From Octopus bimaculoides (lineage: Eukaryota), in NCBI RefSeq assembly GCF_001194135.2, contig NC_068988.1:97501241-97565240 (forward strand): DNA of 64,000 bases. The letters are read 5' to 3'. The position numbers and the translations under genes are program-made. The notes beneath the pieces were generated by a model. It was given only the letters and a program-made list of their open reading frames with translations. It was not told where the DNA came from and did no database searches. Position 1 is the stretch's first letter, and each line of letters begins with the position of its first letter. Below, piece by piece: positions 37,261 through 51,560 of the stretch.

Positions 37261-37994
37261 CACGTGTGTGTGTGTGTGTATGTATTCGTATATAAACACA
37301 CTAGCTTAAAAGCCGTCCGATAGGATGGCTTTTAAGCTTAGCTCCTGTGGAGAGCTCTTCATTAGGCTTTGAGACCAGAAAAGACGCTTCATTCATTAAG
37401 TACATATTAGGTTTTATTAAAATTGAACAATATTTTCAAGCAATGAACAATTTTCATCAAAACAATGATATAATTTGTCGATGCATGATAAAGAACAGCA
37501 CCACCACCACCACCACCACCACCACATCTGTCATACACACACCATTCAGTCTTTTTTCTGATGGTAATGGGGTGATAGTAGTAGTATGAGCTGTAGTTGT
37601 GATAGAGGCAGAGGTGGCGGGTGTGGTGGTGGTTGTGGTAGCCGAGGCGGTCGGGGATGACGGTGAGAGTAAGCGACGTGAAAGACAGTGGTGATGGTGG
37701 TGGAGGGGAAGGCAACGAAGTCAAAGGTAGTGATGGCGGTGGCGTCAGAAGTCTGAATGGTGTGTGTATGGCAGATGTGGTTGTGATGGTGGTGGTAGTA
37801 AGAAAATGAATTCCGTGTTCAGTCCCTCTTTCTCTTATTATTACTCCCATTGCTACCTCAACACTACTACTTTTAATAAAACATCAACAGTAGAAGTGTC
37901 ATTGAATAGTAAGAGGGGTCAAAGTGTGACACACTGATACACACAAATTAGTTTTCGCATTTATTAATATATATTTATATATATATGGCAGGCT

Positions 37995-38112
37995 TTTAGA
38001 TTCTTTTTACGAAATCCACTAATAAAGCTTTGGTCAGTCCGGGGCCATAGGAGAGGACTGAAACCGAAATCATGTTGTTGGGAAGCAGATGTTTTACCAC
38101 ACAGCCATGCCA
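37995..38112 (-). mobile_element. SINE family A, head
   Basis: Reverse complement is atggcatggctgtgtggtaaaacatctgcttcccaacaacatgatttcggtttcagtcc. Confidence 0.7.
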
Positions 38113-38900
38113 TGTAATTCTGTATATATTAACTCGTATGTGCATATACATTGCGGATAATATTTGTGTGCATGACAATATGTCTCTTCTTGTATGTGTG
38201 TGGGTGTTAGTGTAGCCAAACAAGAAAGAGAGAGAGAGAGAAGAGAAACGGAGAGAGACAAGAGAGACGGAGAGCGAGGCATGTGCGCGCATGCGTAAAG
38301 AAACATTTTTCATTCAGTCGTAGGTTTTCATGCCTTGTCACTAACAATCTAACCAGATTTGTTATTCCAAGATGCGAATAGGAGGGGAAAAAATATGGTA
38401 AAATAAATCAACGAAGAAGCAAAACTAAATAACACACACACACACAAATAAATATATATAGTCAAATTACATAAAATCAATAGAAAGATCACTGAAGAAT
38501 AGAAAGCCAAAATAAAACAGAATATTAATATCTTGTATATAATGGCATGCAAAGCTTTTATTGGTCATTTAGCACATGAATGATGGTCAAAACTCATTTT
38601 CGTAAGAAGCAGAGTTGCTTTGACCGAAACCTTATCAAGTTAGGAAGTGATAGCGTTTTGTTGATTTGGGAAACGGAATTGTAAAATGTAAAAGTGGGAT
38701 GTGGAAATGAACAAACTCACACATGCATATATTTACATGCATACATACGTGTGTGTGTGTGTGCATATAAAGGAATTCAGCAACAACAAACAAAATAGGA
38801 GAAAAATGCAGAAAGTAGCGTGATCGAACCCGGTTCCACGTGGTTGGGGGGCGATCTCGTTAAACCACAAAATCATACCTACGTCTAACAACTGTGTGTT

Positions 38901-38940
<40 letters not shown>

Positions 38941-38961
38941 CACGTATGTATTTAAGCAAGC

Positions 38962-39018
<57 letters not shown>

Positions 39019-39102
39019 CGCATGGTCTCAATTAACGGAAAAACTGTTATGTTTCTACACGTAAAATGATGGGAACAACTTATATTGATGATTTGATCAC
39101 AC

Positions 39103-39145
<43 letters not shown>

Positions 39146-39818
39146 ACCATTTAATGTTGAATAACAAAACGTATAATGGGAAGCAAAGAAAAAAAATAAA
39201 AAGGAGAAAGCCTGCAAGGATGTCATAGTGATCGTGTTAGAATATGTACGACAGGTAAATGGGAGAAGTCAGAAAAAGCCACAAAGATATATTAGACAAT
39301 AAGAAAGACGACCAATCACACATGTCAAGGAAGCAGCCATCCAGCCCGTCAGCCTGTCAAGCCGTCAACCAGCAAACCGACTTGCCAACATGCCAACAAG
39401 TTTGCCATCCATTTAACCAGCCAGCTAGCTAAACATCGAACTCCAGAAAAAAAATATACTGAGATGTATAGGGCTAGGAAACGTTCTGCGCTGCAATACC
39501 ACGTATGTAATATAGCGAGTACTTTCATTGATTGAGAATATCACAGTAATAAGCTCGATGAGTATTTGAAATCTAATTATGAATCCATATTGTATAGAGA
39601 AAATCTAATAAGACCGAAACGTCTGATAGTCTTAAAGACAAGGTTCACTCGTTGATTGCTCATTTTGTATTTTTTTGTACAGCGGGAGATTTTGTATTCG
39701 AATCGCAAGGAGAATCTCGATTAATTGTGGTTCATATTCAGGGCGTTTATTACAACATAATCATTATTCATTTATCCGTTGTTTATTAATATTCATATCC
39801 ATATCATTATTATTATTA

Positions 39819-40198
39819 TCGAGTGAGAGAGCAGTGCATGCCATCGAAGTGACATTATGGTAATAAATACAAAGCCCAGTCTACCCATCGTGACCACCCG
39901 TCCGATAAGAATACACCAGGCACATGCATCACAACCATATGTGCGCGACATAGAATTTTCTTCAGGTCGAGCAGCCCATCCCGCTCAAAAGGTCCCTGAA
40001 TAATGGTTAAGGTTGAGGAACAAAATACCCGTGTTTTCAAAGGTGAATTATTCAAACTCCAAAGAATTCCTCTCAACACATGGCTATGATGCTCCCCCAC
40101 TACTTCTGGTCATGATCAGAGATGCACCTATGGTCAGCCACTAAGGGACATGCTCAACTGGTTAAGGTCAAACGACTGACAAGCAAATCTGTGGTATT
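39819..40198 (-). mobile_element. Non-coding interspersed element flanked by (TAA)n on both sides
   Basis: 380 bp of complex sequence bounded by att/taa arrays; no credible ORF; strand inferred from the (TAA)n tail. Confidence 0.5.
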
Positions 40199-40244
40199 AT
40201 TATTATTATCATCATCATTATTAGTATTATTATTATTTCTCTTT

Positions 40245-41057
40245 ATCACAAGTTTTGTTGGAGCTCCTGAGTCTTGCATGCGTAGCGGGCTTACTACCTG
40301 CAGCCTACGGTTCCATGCTATCCATTCTTTTCAACTATCTAATACTTTCTTCATTATTCTGGCTATGCCAAGGAGGCAAACCTTTTGTAACAGTTCTACT
40401 GGGCATTCTATTCCAATTCCCTTTATATTCCCCTTGATGCCTTCTCATACTGTTTCCAAGGACCTTCATTTTCCATAACTGAGCTATTTCGTACTTAAGA
40501 GGGTTCTATCTATCTTTTCGCCTTCCGTCTTGACTACTCGTGAATCAGAGGGGGCATGTAACGTCAACTATACAGCATATGTGGTGCACCTTCTCCACCG
40601 CTACTAGGTCCGGTCTGTTATGCTCCAGCTCCTGATCTGTTTGGATTGAGAAATCCCAGAGGATTTTGCTAGTCTCCGACTCTACCACTCTCTGCGGTTT
40701 GTTCTCATACCACGTCTTGCCTCTCTCTATCCCCCACTTTTCGCACAGTTTCCAATGGAGCACTTTCGCTACCTGGTCGGGTCGCCACAAATTGTAACGG
40801 TTCTGGGCAAGTCTAGGGCATTCATTCGTAATATGGACATGGTTTCATTCTCTCTATCGCAGATGCGGCACAGCGGAAACACTTGTTCATTCCTCAGTTC
40901 GTTGCCAGAGCTTGGTCCTGCGCTGCCATTATACTGCTCTCGGTCTCTTTTTTGGAGCTTCCTTTCATTAGCCAATCCCACCTATTTTATCCAGCAACTT
41001 CTGTTGTGGCTACATGCAATTGATTGTATAATCCCTTCTTGCGTGATTCTATTATTA
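40245..41057 (-). mobile_element. R4/Dong-like element, 5'-truncated 3' end (CCHC, RLE nuclease, 3' UTR)
   Basis: IMAAQDQALATN, CRICDRENET, LHWKLCEKWG..WYENKP..VVESETSKILWDFSIQTD..LEHNRPDLV (PD-D/ExK); (TAA)n on both flanks. Confidence 0.9.
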
Positions 41058-41629
41058 TTATTATTATTATTATTATTGGTTTTCAGGATGAATAACTAAA
41101 TGAAGCGCAAAGCATTCCTTACATGAATACTGTATGTGGATTATTTAAGAAAAAAAAAACACGGCTGAAAGAAATTAGATAAATAGAGGAGCTTGAAAAC
41201 ATGGTTTTTAAGCAAGATCTTCCCAACAAATAGAGAAAAAACAGTCTCCACCCCACCAAAACCCAAACAAACAAGCGTGTCTATTAAGGTTATTGTATTT
41301 CGTATAAATAAAGAGATTTAACTGTTTTCGTTGTTCCTTTGTTAATTTTGTAACTGTATATATTCTTTATATAAAATATTCATTCATTCATTGTAGCTGA
41401 TATGTCAATGAAAATCTAACAAGAGATTTATGATGCACAAGTATGTATGTGTGTGTGTGTTTATGTGTGTGTGTGTCTATGTGTGTGTGTGTTTATGTGT
41501 GTGTGCGTGTACATGCGCCTGTGTGTGTGTGTGTGTGTATATGTGCGTACGTGTATTATATACACGTATGTATATTATTTTATGCTTTTATTCTTTTGTG
41601 TACACACCTTTTAGTATATATCTGCACAT

Positions 41630-41666
<37 letters not shown>

Positions 41667-42262
41667 TATTGATATATATGTGGGTGTGAGTGTGTGTATG
41701 TGCGTATGTATATGTGAGTATAAGCTTGTGTTTGTGTGTGTGTGCGTGCGTACGTGTGTGAAGTGTTTAATGAAAGAGAGGTGGAGAGAAGAAAGTGAGC
41801 AGAAAAAGAAGCAAAATTAGTTGAATGTAAAAAAAGGTGAAAAGAAGCGAAAGAACATAATACAATAGGAGTCCATGTTGAGTGCGGGGTGAATGAGAGC
41901 CCAAGCTGCAGCATAAACAGTCTTTGTGTTGAAGAAATAACAAACCGGAGAATTGGGATGGGGGCGATGGGGAAGATCTGTGGTTTGGCGGTCAGCGTTT
42001 CACAGTTGGTTTAATGAAGCATAAATTTAAGCTCACATTCAGTACAGCACCTCACCAGACCGCAACAACAAAAACAACGGCAATTACTACTACTACTACT
42101 ACTACTGCTGCTATTAACAACAACAACAATGGACAGGAGTAATAGTTATGGGATCATCAACAGTAAACTCAGCAGCTACATCAACATGAAGGAAAAGTAG
42201 TAGCAGTGGCAGATGATGATGATGAGGAGGAGGAGGAGGATGATGGGGATATTATTATTTAA

Positions 42263-42420
42263 GGTGTCGAGCAGGAAGAATCGTTAGAGCGCCGGGCGAA
42301 ATACTCGGCGGTATTTCGTCTGTCTTCACGTTCTGAGTTCAAATTCCGTCAAGGCCGACTTTACCTTTCATCCTTTCGGGGTCGATAAAATAAATACCAG
42401 TGAAACACTGGGGTCGATGT
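42263..42420 (+). mobile_element. SINE family B
   Basis: gaatcgttagagcgccgggcgaaat...cacgttctgagttcaaattccg...catcctttcggggtcgataaaata. Confidence 0.85.
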
Positions 42421-43436
42421 ATATGCAGACGCTCGCAAACCCACATACATATTCGCTCTCGTGAATACAAACAGAGCAAGGAGCCTTGGATCTAGGTTAG
42501 AAACCGAATCTTTTTCTTTTGTTAAGAAAGCATTTCGCCCGGCCTGCTGATGCTTCTGCCAGCTCACCGCCTTTTTTTGGTAAGAACTATTGAAAAACTG
42601 AATAATAACGTACATAAATTCGAAGTACATACATAGTCATATCTGCTGAAGTATTGACTAATAGCTAAATATATACACAGATATGTGCATGCAGAGTCAC
42701 CAAGCACAAACGTATGTGTGTGTGTGCGTGCGTGCGTCTATGTGTGTGTGTGTGTGTATGCATACACACACGCGCAAACAGACACACAAATACATACATG
42801 CAGCCACATGCGCATGCACCCTCCCCCCGCACCACCACCACCACTGTTTGTGCTGCTCGGTTTGAGGCTTGCATCTCTCTTCTAACAAGTCCAATCGCAC
42901 AGCAGGATGCACACAACAAACGTCGGATAATATTAACACCCCACTGTGATCGGTAGCCACTACGCTGCGAGGGGCACATTCGGACCGAGCCGCCGCAGGG
43001 CAAAGAAGCTGGACTAGCAACTCAAGAAAGAGAAAAACCTCCGCTTGATAAATATGTAACCGTCTCTTTTTTATGTTTACTTTCATTGAAGTGTCGACGT
43101 TTGCTCAAGTTTAAGTAACATCATTAAAACAAATTGTAATTTGTAGAACGCACAACAATGAACCACATGTGTACACTCATATATCCACACACTTATATTA
43201 GTAACTATAGATGCGCTCGCACATGCGCAAGTAAATACACGCACACATAAATTATGTGTGCGTGTACCTGCTTCAGTATGGCTATTGTTAAAATAGTGAA
43301 ACTATATATATACACACACATACAAAATGCATACACACACATATACATATCTATATTTACGCACACACATACACACATATATGTATGTATGTATGTAAGT
43401 GTATATGTATGTACATATGTGTATATATACACATTA

Positions 43437-43915
43437 TTATTATTTACTTTTAATCTGCATGTTTGTTAGAATCACTTGCTGAGACCCACCCAGCGTCCTA
43501 GAGCGAGTGAAAGATAAGAAATGTTACAGTATGACTGAAAACTTGGAGAGTGGAGGAGGCAGGGGAAGTAGCGAAATATCTTCATGTAATACAACACAGA
43601 CATTTAAATTGATAGGGTTTTTCTAAGGATCTGGGCAATACTTGTCAGCACAAACGTTTGGATTTCTGGGAGACATGGTGCTCCTGGGATATTATCTAGA
43701 TATTTCTGACATCCTTTTCTTATCGTACCTCGGGCATCCACAGTAACAGTTCTCGCTTTAAGATGCCACATCTTTTGTACTTCAATTTCCAGGTCCTTAC
43801 ATTTACTTACTTTGTTAAATTCAGCTTACAAGTATGTTCTTCCTCGTCTTTAATGACTATGTCAGGTCGATTAGCCTGGATCGTTTGAAAAGGAAAGTGA
43901 TGGTGTAGAGGAAAG
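43437..43915 (-). mobile_element. R4/Dong-like element 3' end
   Basis: IQANRPDIVIKD, SKCKDLEIEVQKMWHLK...GTIRKG..KYLDNIPG...EIQ..VL..IAQILRKTLSI*, then a UTR ending in taataataat. Confidence 0.8.
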
Positions 43916-44980
43916 TGTTGTCTTCTAGCAAATTTATTGAAAGGTGGGTGGATGTAGGAAAAAGGGTCAGTATGAATGGACCAATTTTGAGAATACACTT
44001 GTAAAAAGAATAAAAGGGCTCTTTCCCGTGGCTTTTGTGGGTTTTCCCACGAGCAGTCTTAAAGTGCCTCCTCTATTGGGAGTTTTATTTGTTTTTTTCC
44101 TTGTTATTTTATTTACACGTTCTAAAACCCTTTGTATCGTCCTGTTTTGTCCTTTAATGTATCTTTATATCAGCCCTTGTGGCCAATAAAAGAATTATTA
44201 TTATTATTATTATCATTATTATGGCCGCCATACTGGGAGACACGGTAACTTGAAGCTCTGTAAGTTGTAATAGTGTTTATAATCTTTTCGGCCTTCTAAA
44301 GCCCCGTTCTTTTATTTTTATTGTCACCACCTTGTTTCTGACATTATCTGGACTGCGCTTATAGTATTGTTATTCAGAAATATCCACTGTTTTGCAGGGG
44401 GTGCACATCAATATTTTTTTGACTTTCACTAACAGAAACATTTATTGAAACATGGATGATAAAGAAGTCATCATAATGTTCGATGACGAGACGCGTTCTT
44501 TGTCGGAGAAAAAAAAAGAGAATAGTGGAGAAGCATTGACTAAATGACGTCACTAGCACGCCATTGAATACATTTTCGTCTCTAAGCAGCGTCAAAACAG
44601 TAAAGCAGCAATTAAACAACAAAATATTCGAAGACGACGACAACAGCAACATCAATAATAACGTTTTATTGTTATTTTAGCCTTAGATTAGGTCTGTTCC
44701 ATCAAAACTGATCTTAGATCATCATCATCCTCGGCTTCGGCGTCGATATACTCCCCCCCACCACCGCTTGATCGTTTTCAGAGAAAGCAGAATGATGCTG
44801 CTTGGCAAGCGTGGCTTTATATTTAACTGCGTAAGTAGTAGGGAAATGTGAAATGGAATATTTCCAACCGGAAATGGAAACCGAGTCACTATCTCAGCAC
44901 AATGAGATCATAAGCTTTGTTTCCTCACAATCTTGCCGACTGTTGATCGAGGAAGGGGAAATTTGGAGACGAAATAATAG

Positions 44981-45878
44981 ACGGGGGTATGAAAGTCATA
45001 TGTTCCAGGACTAATTCTGTTGCACGCCGACAGATGGCAGCACACGGTTACATGCGCAGTGAGAGCGAGCAGTGACCGTCATGTGGCAGTGTGCCGACTG
45101 ACTTCGCTGTGCTTACTTTGCAAGTTGTGAAATTTGTGTTTTTGGGACCACATGTATGTTGTAGTCTGCGAGTTTGTCATGGACAGGAACAAAGAGCCAA
45201 CGTGAAATTTTACGTTAAACTTGGAAAGTCTGCTACAGAGATATTGTGTATGTTTCGGCAAAACTTACGGCGACGAGGCAATGGGTCGCGTGCAATGTGT
45301 AGAGTGACACATGCGCTTCAAAAGCAGAAGAACGTCTCTGGAAGATGATGAGCGATCTGGAAGACCTACCACGAGTGTCACCCCCGGGAATGTAGTATTG
45401 TGCATCGAGAATTCGCCCCCACCCCAGGGCCAGACCGTCAATCGAGAGTGCAACTGCAACGATTTGAAGCGTCTGAGAGAAGACATTCGACGAAAGCACC
45501 CGGATGTGAGAGCGAGGAATTGGATTCTTTACCGAGCTCTCCTCACTGGTCAGCTTCTCGCCACAAACAGAATGGTATCGCTTCCACACCCGCCCTATTT
45601 TCCAAATTTAACTTCTGCGGACTTCCACCATCTTTTCGCCAAGATTAAAATGCAGCTCAAAGGTCGCCGTTTTAACACCGTTGTCGAGATTCAGAGCGAA
45701 TCGCAGAAAGTCCTCGACTCGCTTACGGAAAACAATTTCTAGGCCGGATTCCAAAAGTGGGATCGGTGGGACAGGTGTGTTGCTGCGCAAGGTGACTATT
45801 TCGAAGGAGATGCTATTAAAACTCGGGTAAATAAGTTATTAAATATAACTAGTCCTGAAACTTTTTGATACTACCTCG
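44981..45878 (+). mobile_element. Internally deleted mariner element with degenerate TIRs
   Basis: EQRANVKFYVKLGKSATE, RFKSRRTSLEDDERSGRP joined to QGQTVN..., HPPYFPNLTSADF..., LKGRRF. Right TIR reverse complement is ta-cgaggtagtatcaaaaagtttcaggacta; the left end shares gttccaggacta. Confidence 0.9.
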
Positions 45879-46341
45879 TAAAAGACAGAAAATAACCGAA
45901 GCGATAAAGAGTTAGAAGAGAAGGAAATGAGAAAAGAAAAAAATAAACAAATAAAGAAAGAAAGAAAGTAGAACGAAATAAAGAAGGGAAAGAAAGAAAG
46001 TGTGAAAGAAAATGGTGAGTCGGGAAGAAAGAAAAGTGTGATAGGAAAGATGTTAGGCCGAGTTTGGGTTTCCCATCATCCAAGAGGATCGCCTCACAAA
46101 TAATTGAATGAGATTTAAGTTACCAAACTTTGCACTCGTGCATACACACACATATGTTTGTATATCTGTACAAACGAGAGCATGTGTGTGTGTGTGTGTG
46201 TGAGCGCACGTGTGTGTGTTTGTATGTGAATAATTATTGCTGTTTATAAACCTAGAGCAGTAAATTAATCAGATCTACTGGTATAGAATGATTTCAGTAT
46301 GTATAAAGAAATAATGTATCAGAATACGTGAGAAAATTGCA

Positions 46342-46389
<48 letters not shown>

Positions 46390-46482
46390 ATTTTCTCACT
46401 ATATATATANNNNNNNNNNTTAATGTCAGCGAGGTAGGTATCAGAATGGGTAAGCATAAGAAAGACAGATGACTAATAAATG

Positions 46483-46542
<60 letters not shown>

Positions 46543-46743
46543 GGTGGTTGTGTGTTAAAGTGAGAGAGTAAATGAAAAGATACAAGCTGATAAAATAAAT
46601 GACTATATGATTATGGGATATCCCGGTAATCAATTCATTATGGTGTAGAGTTTTATACACTGAGAAGAAAATTATCGGTTTAAGTTTTCGATTATCAGAA
46701 AATATAAGAAGCCGTCACCATGTCTGCTGTGGATGGAAAGAAG

Positions 46744-46837
<94 letters not shown>

Positions 46838-48266
46838 CCTATACATACATACACACGTACATACATTATGTCTGTGTATGTATTCATTCACATATATGTA
46901 TATTTATTCATTTGTATTCACATTTTATGTACATACCTATCATATATGCAGACATAAGAATATATGCGTATGTGTTTTACATACATACATATATATATGT
47001 GTGTGTGAGTGTACGCGCACGCACGTTTGTGTATACATGTATATAAATGAAAATATGCATATATATACACATGAAGTAGCTTAAAATAATATATTTAAAA
47101 AACATGTATGTATAGTCAAGCGCATACGCACATACAATGCGATATCAACTGAAAGTATATATATACATATATACACATCAACTATTTAATACGTCTGAAC
47201 ATTCTATTTCACTCACTATATTTCTCCATTACTCTATTGAAAGTCATAGCAAGATTCAATTATTTTATCTCGCCAATACTCTTATTTACAAATGAAAAAA
47301 AATTGAAGAAGCGAAAAATGGAGGGAAGGGAAGGTGAAGAAAATTCTCCCCCGCCCCGCACCAGCTGTTGTGTAATTTTACACAAGCTCAAGTATAAACA
47401 CGCATATACGTAAATATGTAAACGTGCATGCACACCCAACACAGAAATCGTATTTCCGTCTTGAGAATATTTCTCGAAAATTTCCCGACAAACGTCCAAC
47501 TTATTTTCGCTGCTTTGCAGAATAACATCCATGGATATCTATATTATTCATGCATGCCTGCGAACATAGAGCGACGATATGGAGCAGTCATCATCAGCAC
47601 GTTGGTCAAAAACCTTAGCGGCATTACTTTCGACTTTTTACGCTTTTGAGTCCAAGTTTTATCGACATCGACAGAATATGGTCAAGTACTGGCGTTGATG
47701 TAATCAATTTATCCTTCCCCTCAAAACTGCTGGTTTTGAGTCCTGTGATGGGTCAGCATCCCGTTCATGGAAAATGTTGCGATCTCGGTCATTTATAGAC
47801 ACGGAAACCGGGTAATCGGCCTTACGAATCCTAGAGATTAAGAATAAAAAAATAGGCACATATACATACCTCAGTGCATGCATGTATGTCAGTGTGTATG
47901 TGTTTGTTTGTGTGTGTGTGTGTTGGATATGTACACATACAGTTGTATTTGTATGATTTAATTAACTCTATAGATATTATTCGTGTAAAACGTTACGACG
48001 TTAAATTTAAGTTCACAAAATGGTTTCAATTTCCTCTGGAGCTAGTTTGCTTTGCAGAGGAAAGCAAAGCTATAGTTGTATGGAAGAAGGTAAATTTGCA
48101 ATTTGGTGTCAAATCTGCAGTACAATTTTTGTCAGGTTTGTCAGTGAACTTACCCACAGTTTCGAGCGACAAAAATCTCGACATCATATTATAAGCAATC
48201 AATAATCGATATTAACATCTTTATGCGTTTCTGGATCGCTAACTTGTGTCCTCTTCGCTATATACA

Positions 48267-49117
48267 TAGGGTGTTCGGACTAAAATTGATAGTTGACATA
48301 AAAGGACACAATATCCCGTCCAAAATTAGAAGCATTTTTAAAAAATAAAGATATCAGGTAGAGTTTGGACGGGCGATAAGTGCTTACTCAAAGTCGCCGC
48401 TCTCAACTTCCACCGTTTCCTCAAGCCGGCTCTGGAATCAGGCACCAACCATTTCCTCCTGCATCTCTGAGAAGATCTTCGGACATCTCCGTCATCTTAG
48501 CCACCAGCTCAGCCTTGGAGTTGCAAGCAGCATGGTTGGTGTTTTTCTCAACTACGTCCCGCACATAATAATCAATGGGTTTACAATCGGCGGAGTCAAG
48601 AGACCAGAAACTGGGGATAGTTGTAGGGGTTTTCCGACAACCACTTCTGACTCTTTCCAGAGGCATGACAATGAATCGAATCCTGCTGCCACACATATCA
48701 CCTTCCAGCAGCAACCTTCTCCAACCTGAGATTAATTACAGTCTCCAGCAGTTTGATAAAGCCACCTGAATTGAGCTTTAGGCTCTGTTCAATGATGCAG
48801 GGATGAATTCCGGCGTGCGGACACAGTGAGAACGTCTGTTGTGTCTCTTCCTGCTGGCCGCGGCTTTGTAGTGTCCGTTAACGCTGTTCATGTCACGTTT
48901 TACAGACTTTACGGTGTTCACATTGAACACCAGTCACGATGCAAACAGTTTGATGCCTTGCGCAAATCATCAAGATATATGTAACTCTTTTGTAATATTC
49001 AGATTACCTCCAGTCCTCCATGTCAACTAACTTTTACTCAACTAGGACTTGAATCTTTAAGCTGTTCTTGAAAAAAGGAGACGTAAATGAATCGTCATAT
49101 TTCGTCCGAACACCCTG
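48267..49117 (-). mobile_element. Internally deleted Tc1/maT (DD37D-like) transposon
   Basis: TIRs (c/t)agggtgttcggac at both ends; YVWQQDS.HCHASGKSQKWLSEN, DC.PIDYYV..VVEK.TN. Confidence 0.85.
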
Positions 49118-50045
49118 AATGTATCATCCTTAAAGTTTGCCCTATTACGTTCATCTACCTGATAATAATCTAGTGGTTATTTTACCAACCAAATGTGTGA
49201 AAATCCACAAAGTGCTTTAGAATTTTTATAATTAAAAACAAGATTACAATGAGCAGATGAAACAGTTGTAAATTGATGCATGAAAAAAAAAACTTGCTCT
49301 TTTCATTCTTTTTCTTTGGTCGGTATTTCGTTGAGGTACAGTGTTGAATATCACTTCTAGCCTGAGCTAGAAAAGGTGTTGCAACAGAAAGACATATTGA
49401 ATATTCGTAAAAGCTCGTATCTAATACAAATAGGAGTGAGCAAAGATCTTGGAGAAATAAACATTGGAAATGTTCCACCCCACGTAGAAACAGCAAGAAG
49501 TGCACAAAATTTTTCAGGCTCTTCTAAATCCATTGTAGTTTTGGAAACCCTTCGTCAGCAGGTGTCTCAAGTTAACAACCATTTCGACCCTTAGCCTGTA
49601 TATCTTGCTTGTCATTCGATCTGATACACGAACAAAGAAGGAATTGATTATAATGTATTACTGGCAATCAATAGCAGATACAACACAGTGACATGGGGCA
49701 ACAAAGAATCAAGTACGTGGTTTCTGAATGGCTAGAAATCCCAAGAATCATACGAAACGAAGGACACATTGGAGAAAGAAAGTCAAGATAGTCTATGTTT
49801 GAAGAAACGATAGGAAACGCCACGGCTGGAAAGTCTTTCATAAGAGAGTTCACTCGATGAACATTTACGTGGAAGCTGAATGACAGCAACAGCAAAAACA
49901 ATGACAACAATTAAAGCAACAAAAACAATAGGATAAAGAACAGCTCCACTGATATTATAAAAGTAGAATAATTGAATGAAGGAATGACTGAATAGATGAA
50001 CGCAGTAAATAAGAGTATCAGGTGACAGTTTGTTTCTTGGTGTTT

Positions 50046-50119
<74 letters not shown>

Positions 50120-51069
50120 NNNNNNNNNNNNNNNNNNNNNNNNNNNNNNNNNNNNNNNNNNNNNNNNNNNNNNNNNNNNNNNNNNNNNNNNNNNNNNNNN
50201 NNNNNNNNNNNNNNNNNNNNNNNNNNNNNNNNNNNNNNNNNNNNNNNNNNNNNNNNNNNNNNNNNNNNNNNNNNNNNNNNNNNNNNNNNNNNNNNNNNNN
50301 NNNNNNNNNNNNNNNNNNNNNNNNNNNNNNNNNNNNNNNNNNNNNNNNNNNNNNNNNNNNNNNNNNNNNNNNNNNNNNNNNNNNNNNNNNNNNNNNNNNN
50401 NNNNNNNNNNNNNNNNNNNNNNNNNNNNNNNNNNNNNNNNNNNNNNNNNNNNNNNNNNNNNNNNNNNNNNNNNNNNNNNNNNNNNNNNNNNNNNNNNNNN
50501 NNNNNNNNNNNNNNNNNNNNNNNNNNNNNNNNNNNNNNNNNNNNNNNNNNNNNNNNNNNNNNNNNNNNNNNNNNNNNNNNNNNNNNNNNNNNNNNNNNNN
50601 NNNNNNNNNNNNNNNNNNNNNNNNNNNNNNNNNNNNNNNNNNNNNNNNNNNNNNNNNNNNNNNNNNNNNNNNNNNNNNNNNNNNNNNNNNNNNNNNNNNN
50701 NNNNNNNNNNNNNNNNTTATGCATGTGCGTACACACACACACACACACAAAGGCAGACGAGAGAGAAGATAATTTTAAACAAACTAGCTTATTTCACATA
50801 GAGGTTTTACAGAAATGTAAACATATCTCGCAACGTGTAATGTGCTGCGGTTTTGCGTGTGGCTGTGTGTGTGTGTAAGGAGCAAATGGTAAAACTTAGA
50901 CACATAAAGCAAACAAAAAAAATAATAAAATACGTACACATCCCATTAAATTGAATATCATCACGAAAAGTTTATGTAAAAAAAAAAAAAATAGAATTAA
51001 AACCAGGAATTTTTTTTTTCCAAATTCCAAGAGAAAATACTGACATAAATGAAAGGGAAATTGAAGCTG

Positions 51070-51560
51070 AAGTGATGATGATGATGACGATGATGACGTC
51101 GATGATGACCACGATGATGATGACGATGATGATGACAACGATGGTGATGGTGTTTGTTATGATGATGGTTACTGCGACGGTGCTGATGATGATAGACACG
51201 GTGACGGCACCTAGCATGATCCCCGTACCTTTTCTTTTTAAAAGGAATTGTTATTGTAGCTATTGTTGTTTTCCTCCTCCTCCTCCCCTTCCGTCACCAA
51301 CTTCAGTTTATAAAGTTAGCTTTACTAACAACACTGACACCACAGATGAACCCACCACCACCACCAATAACAACAACATCAACAACCAACACCACCTCCA
51401 CAAACAACAACAGCCAACACCCCCACTAAAACTTCTCCCACCACCATCACCAACACAACAGCCACCGCCACAAACACCACCACCACCACTAATCTATCAC
51501 TACCATCATCAACACCACTGCTGCTGCCACCACCGCCACCATCATCATCATCATCATCAC
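51070..51560. repeat. (GAT)n/(CAA)n/(CCA)n trinucleotide low-complexity tract
   Basis: Directly visible. Confidence 0.9.

Noticed and set aside
39550-39632. Possible eroded hammerheads here, at 28625-28685 and at 29470-29520
   Set aside because: Each needs several core mutations to fit, so they are indistinguishable from chance by eye.
42850-43080. CpG-richer segment with open frames on both strands
   Set aside because: No recognisable peptide or paired splice sites.
49520-49565. Minus-strand CTGACGAAGGG..CC-AAAAC
   Set aside because: GAAA is not intact and there is no helix I/III partner.
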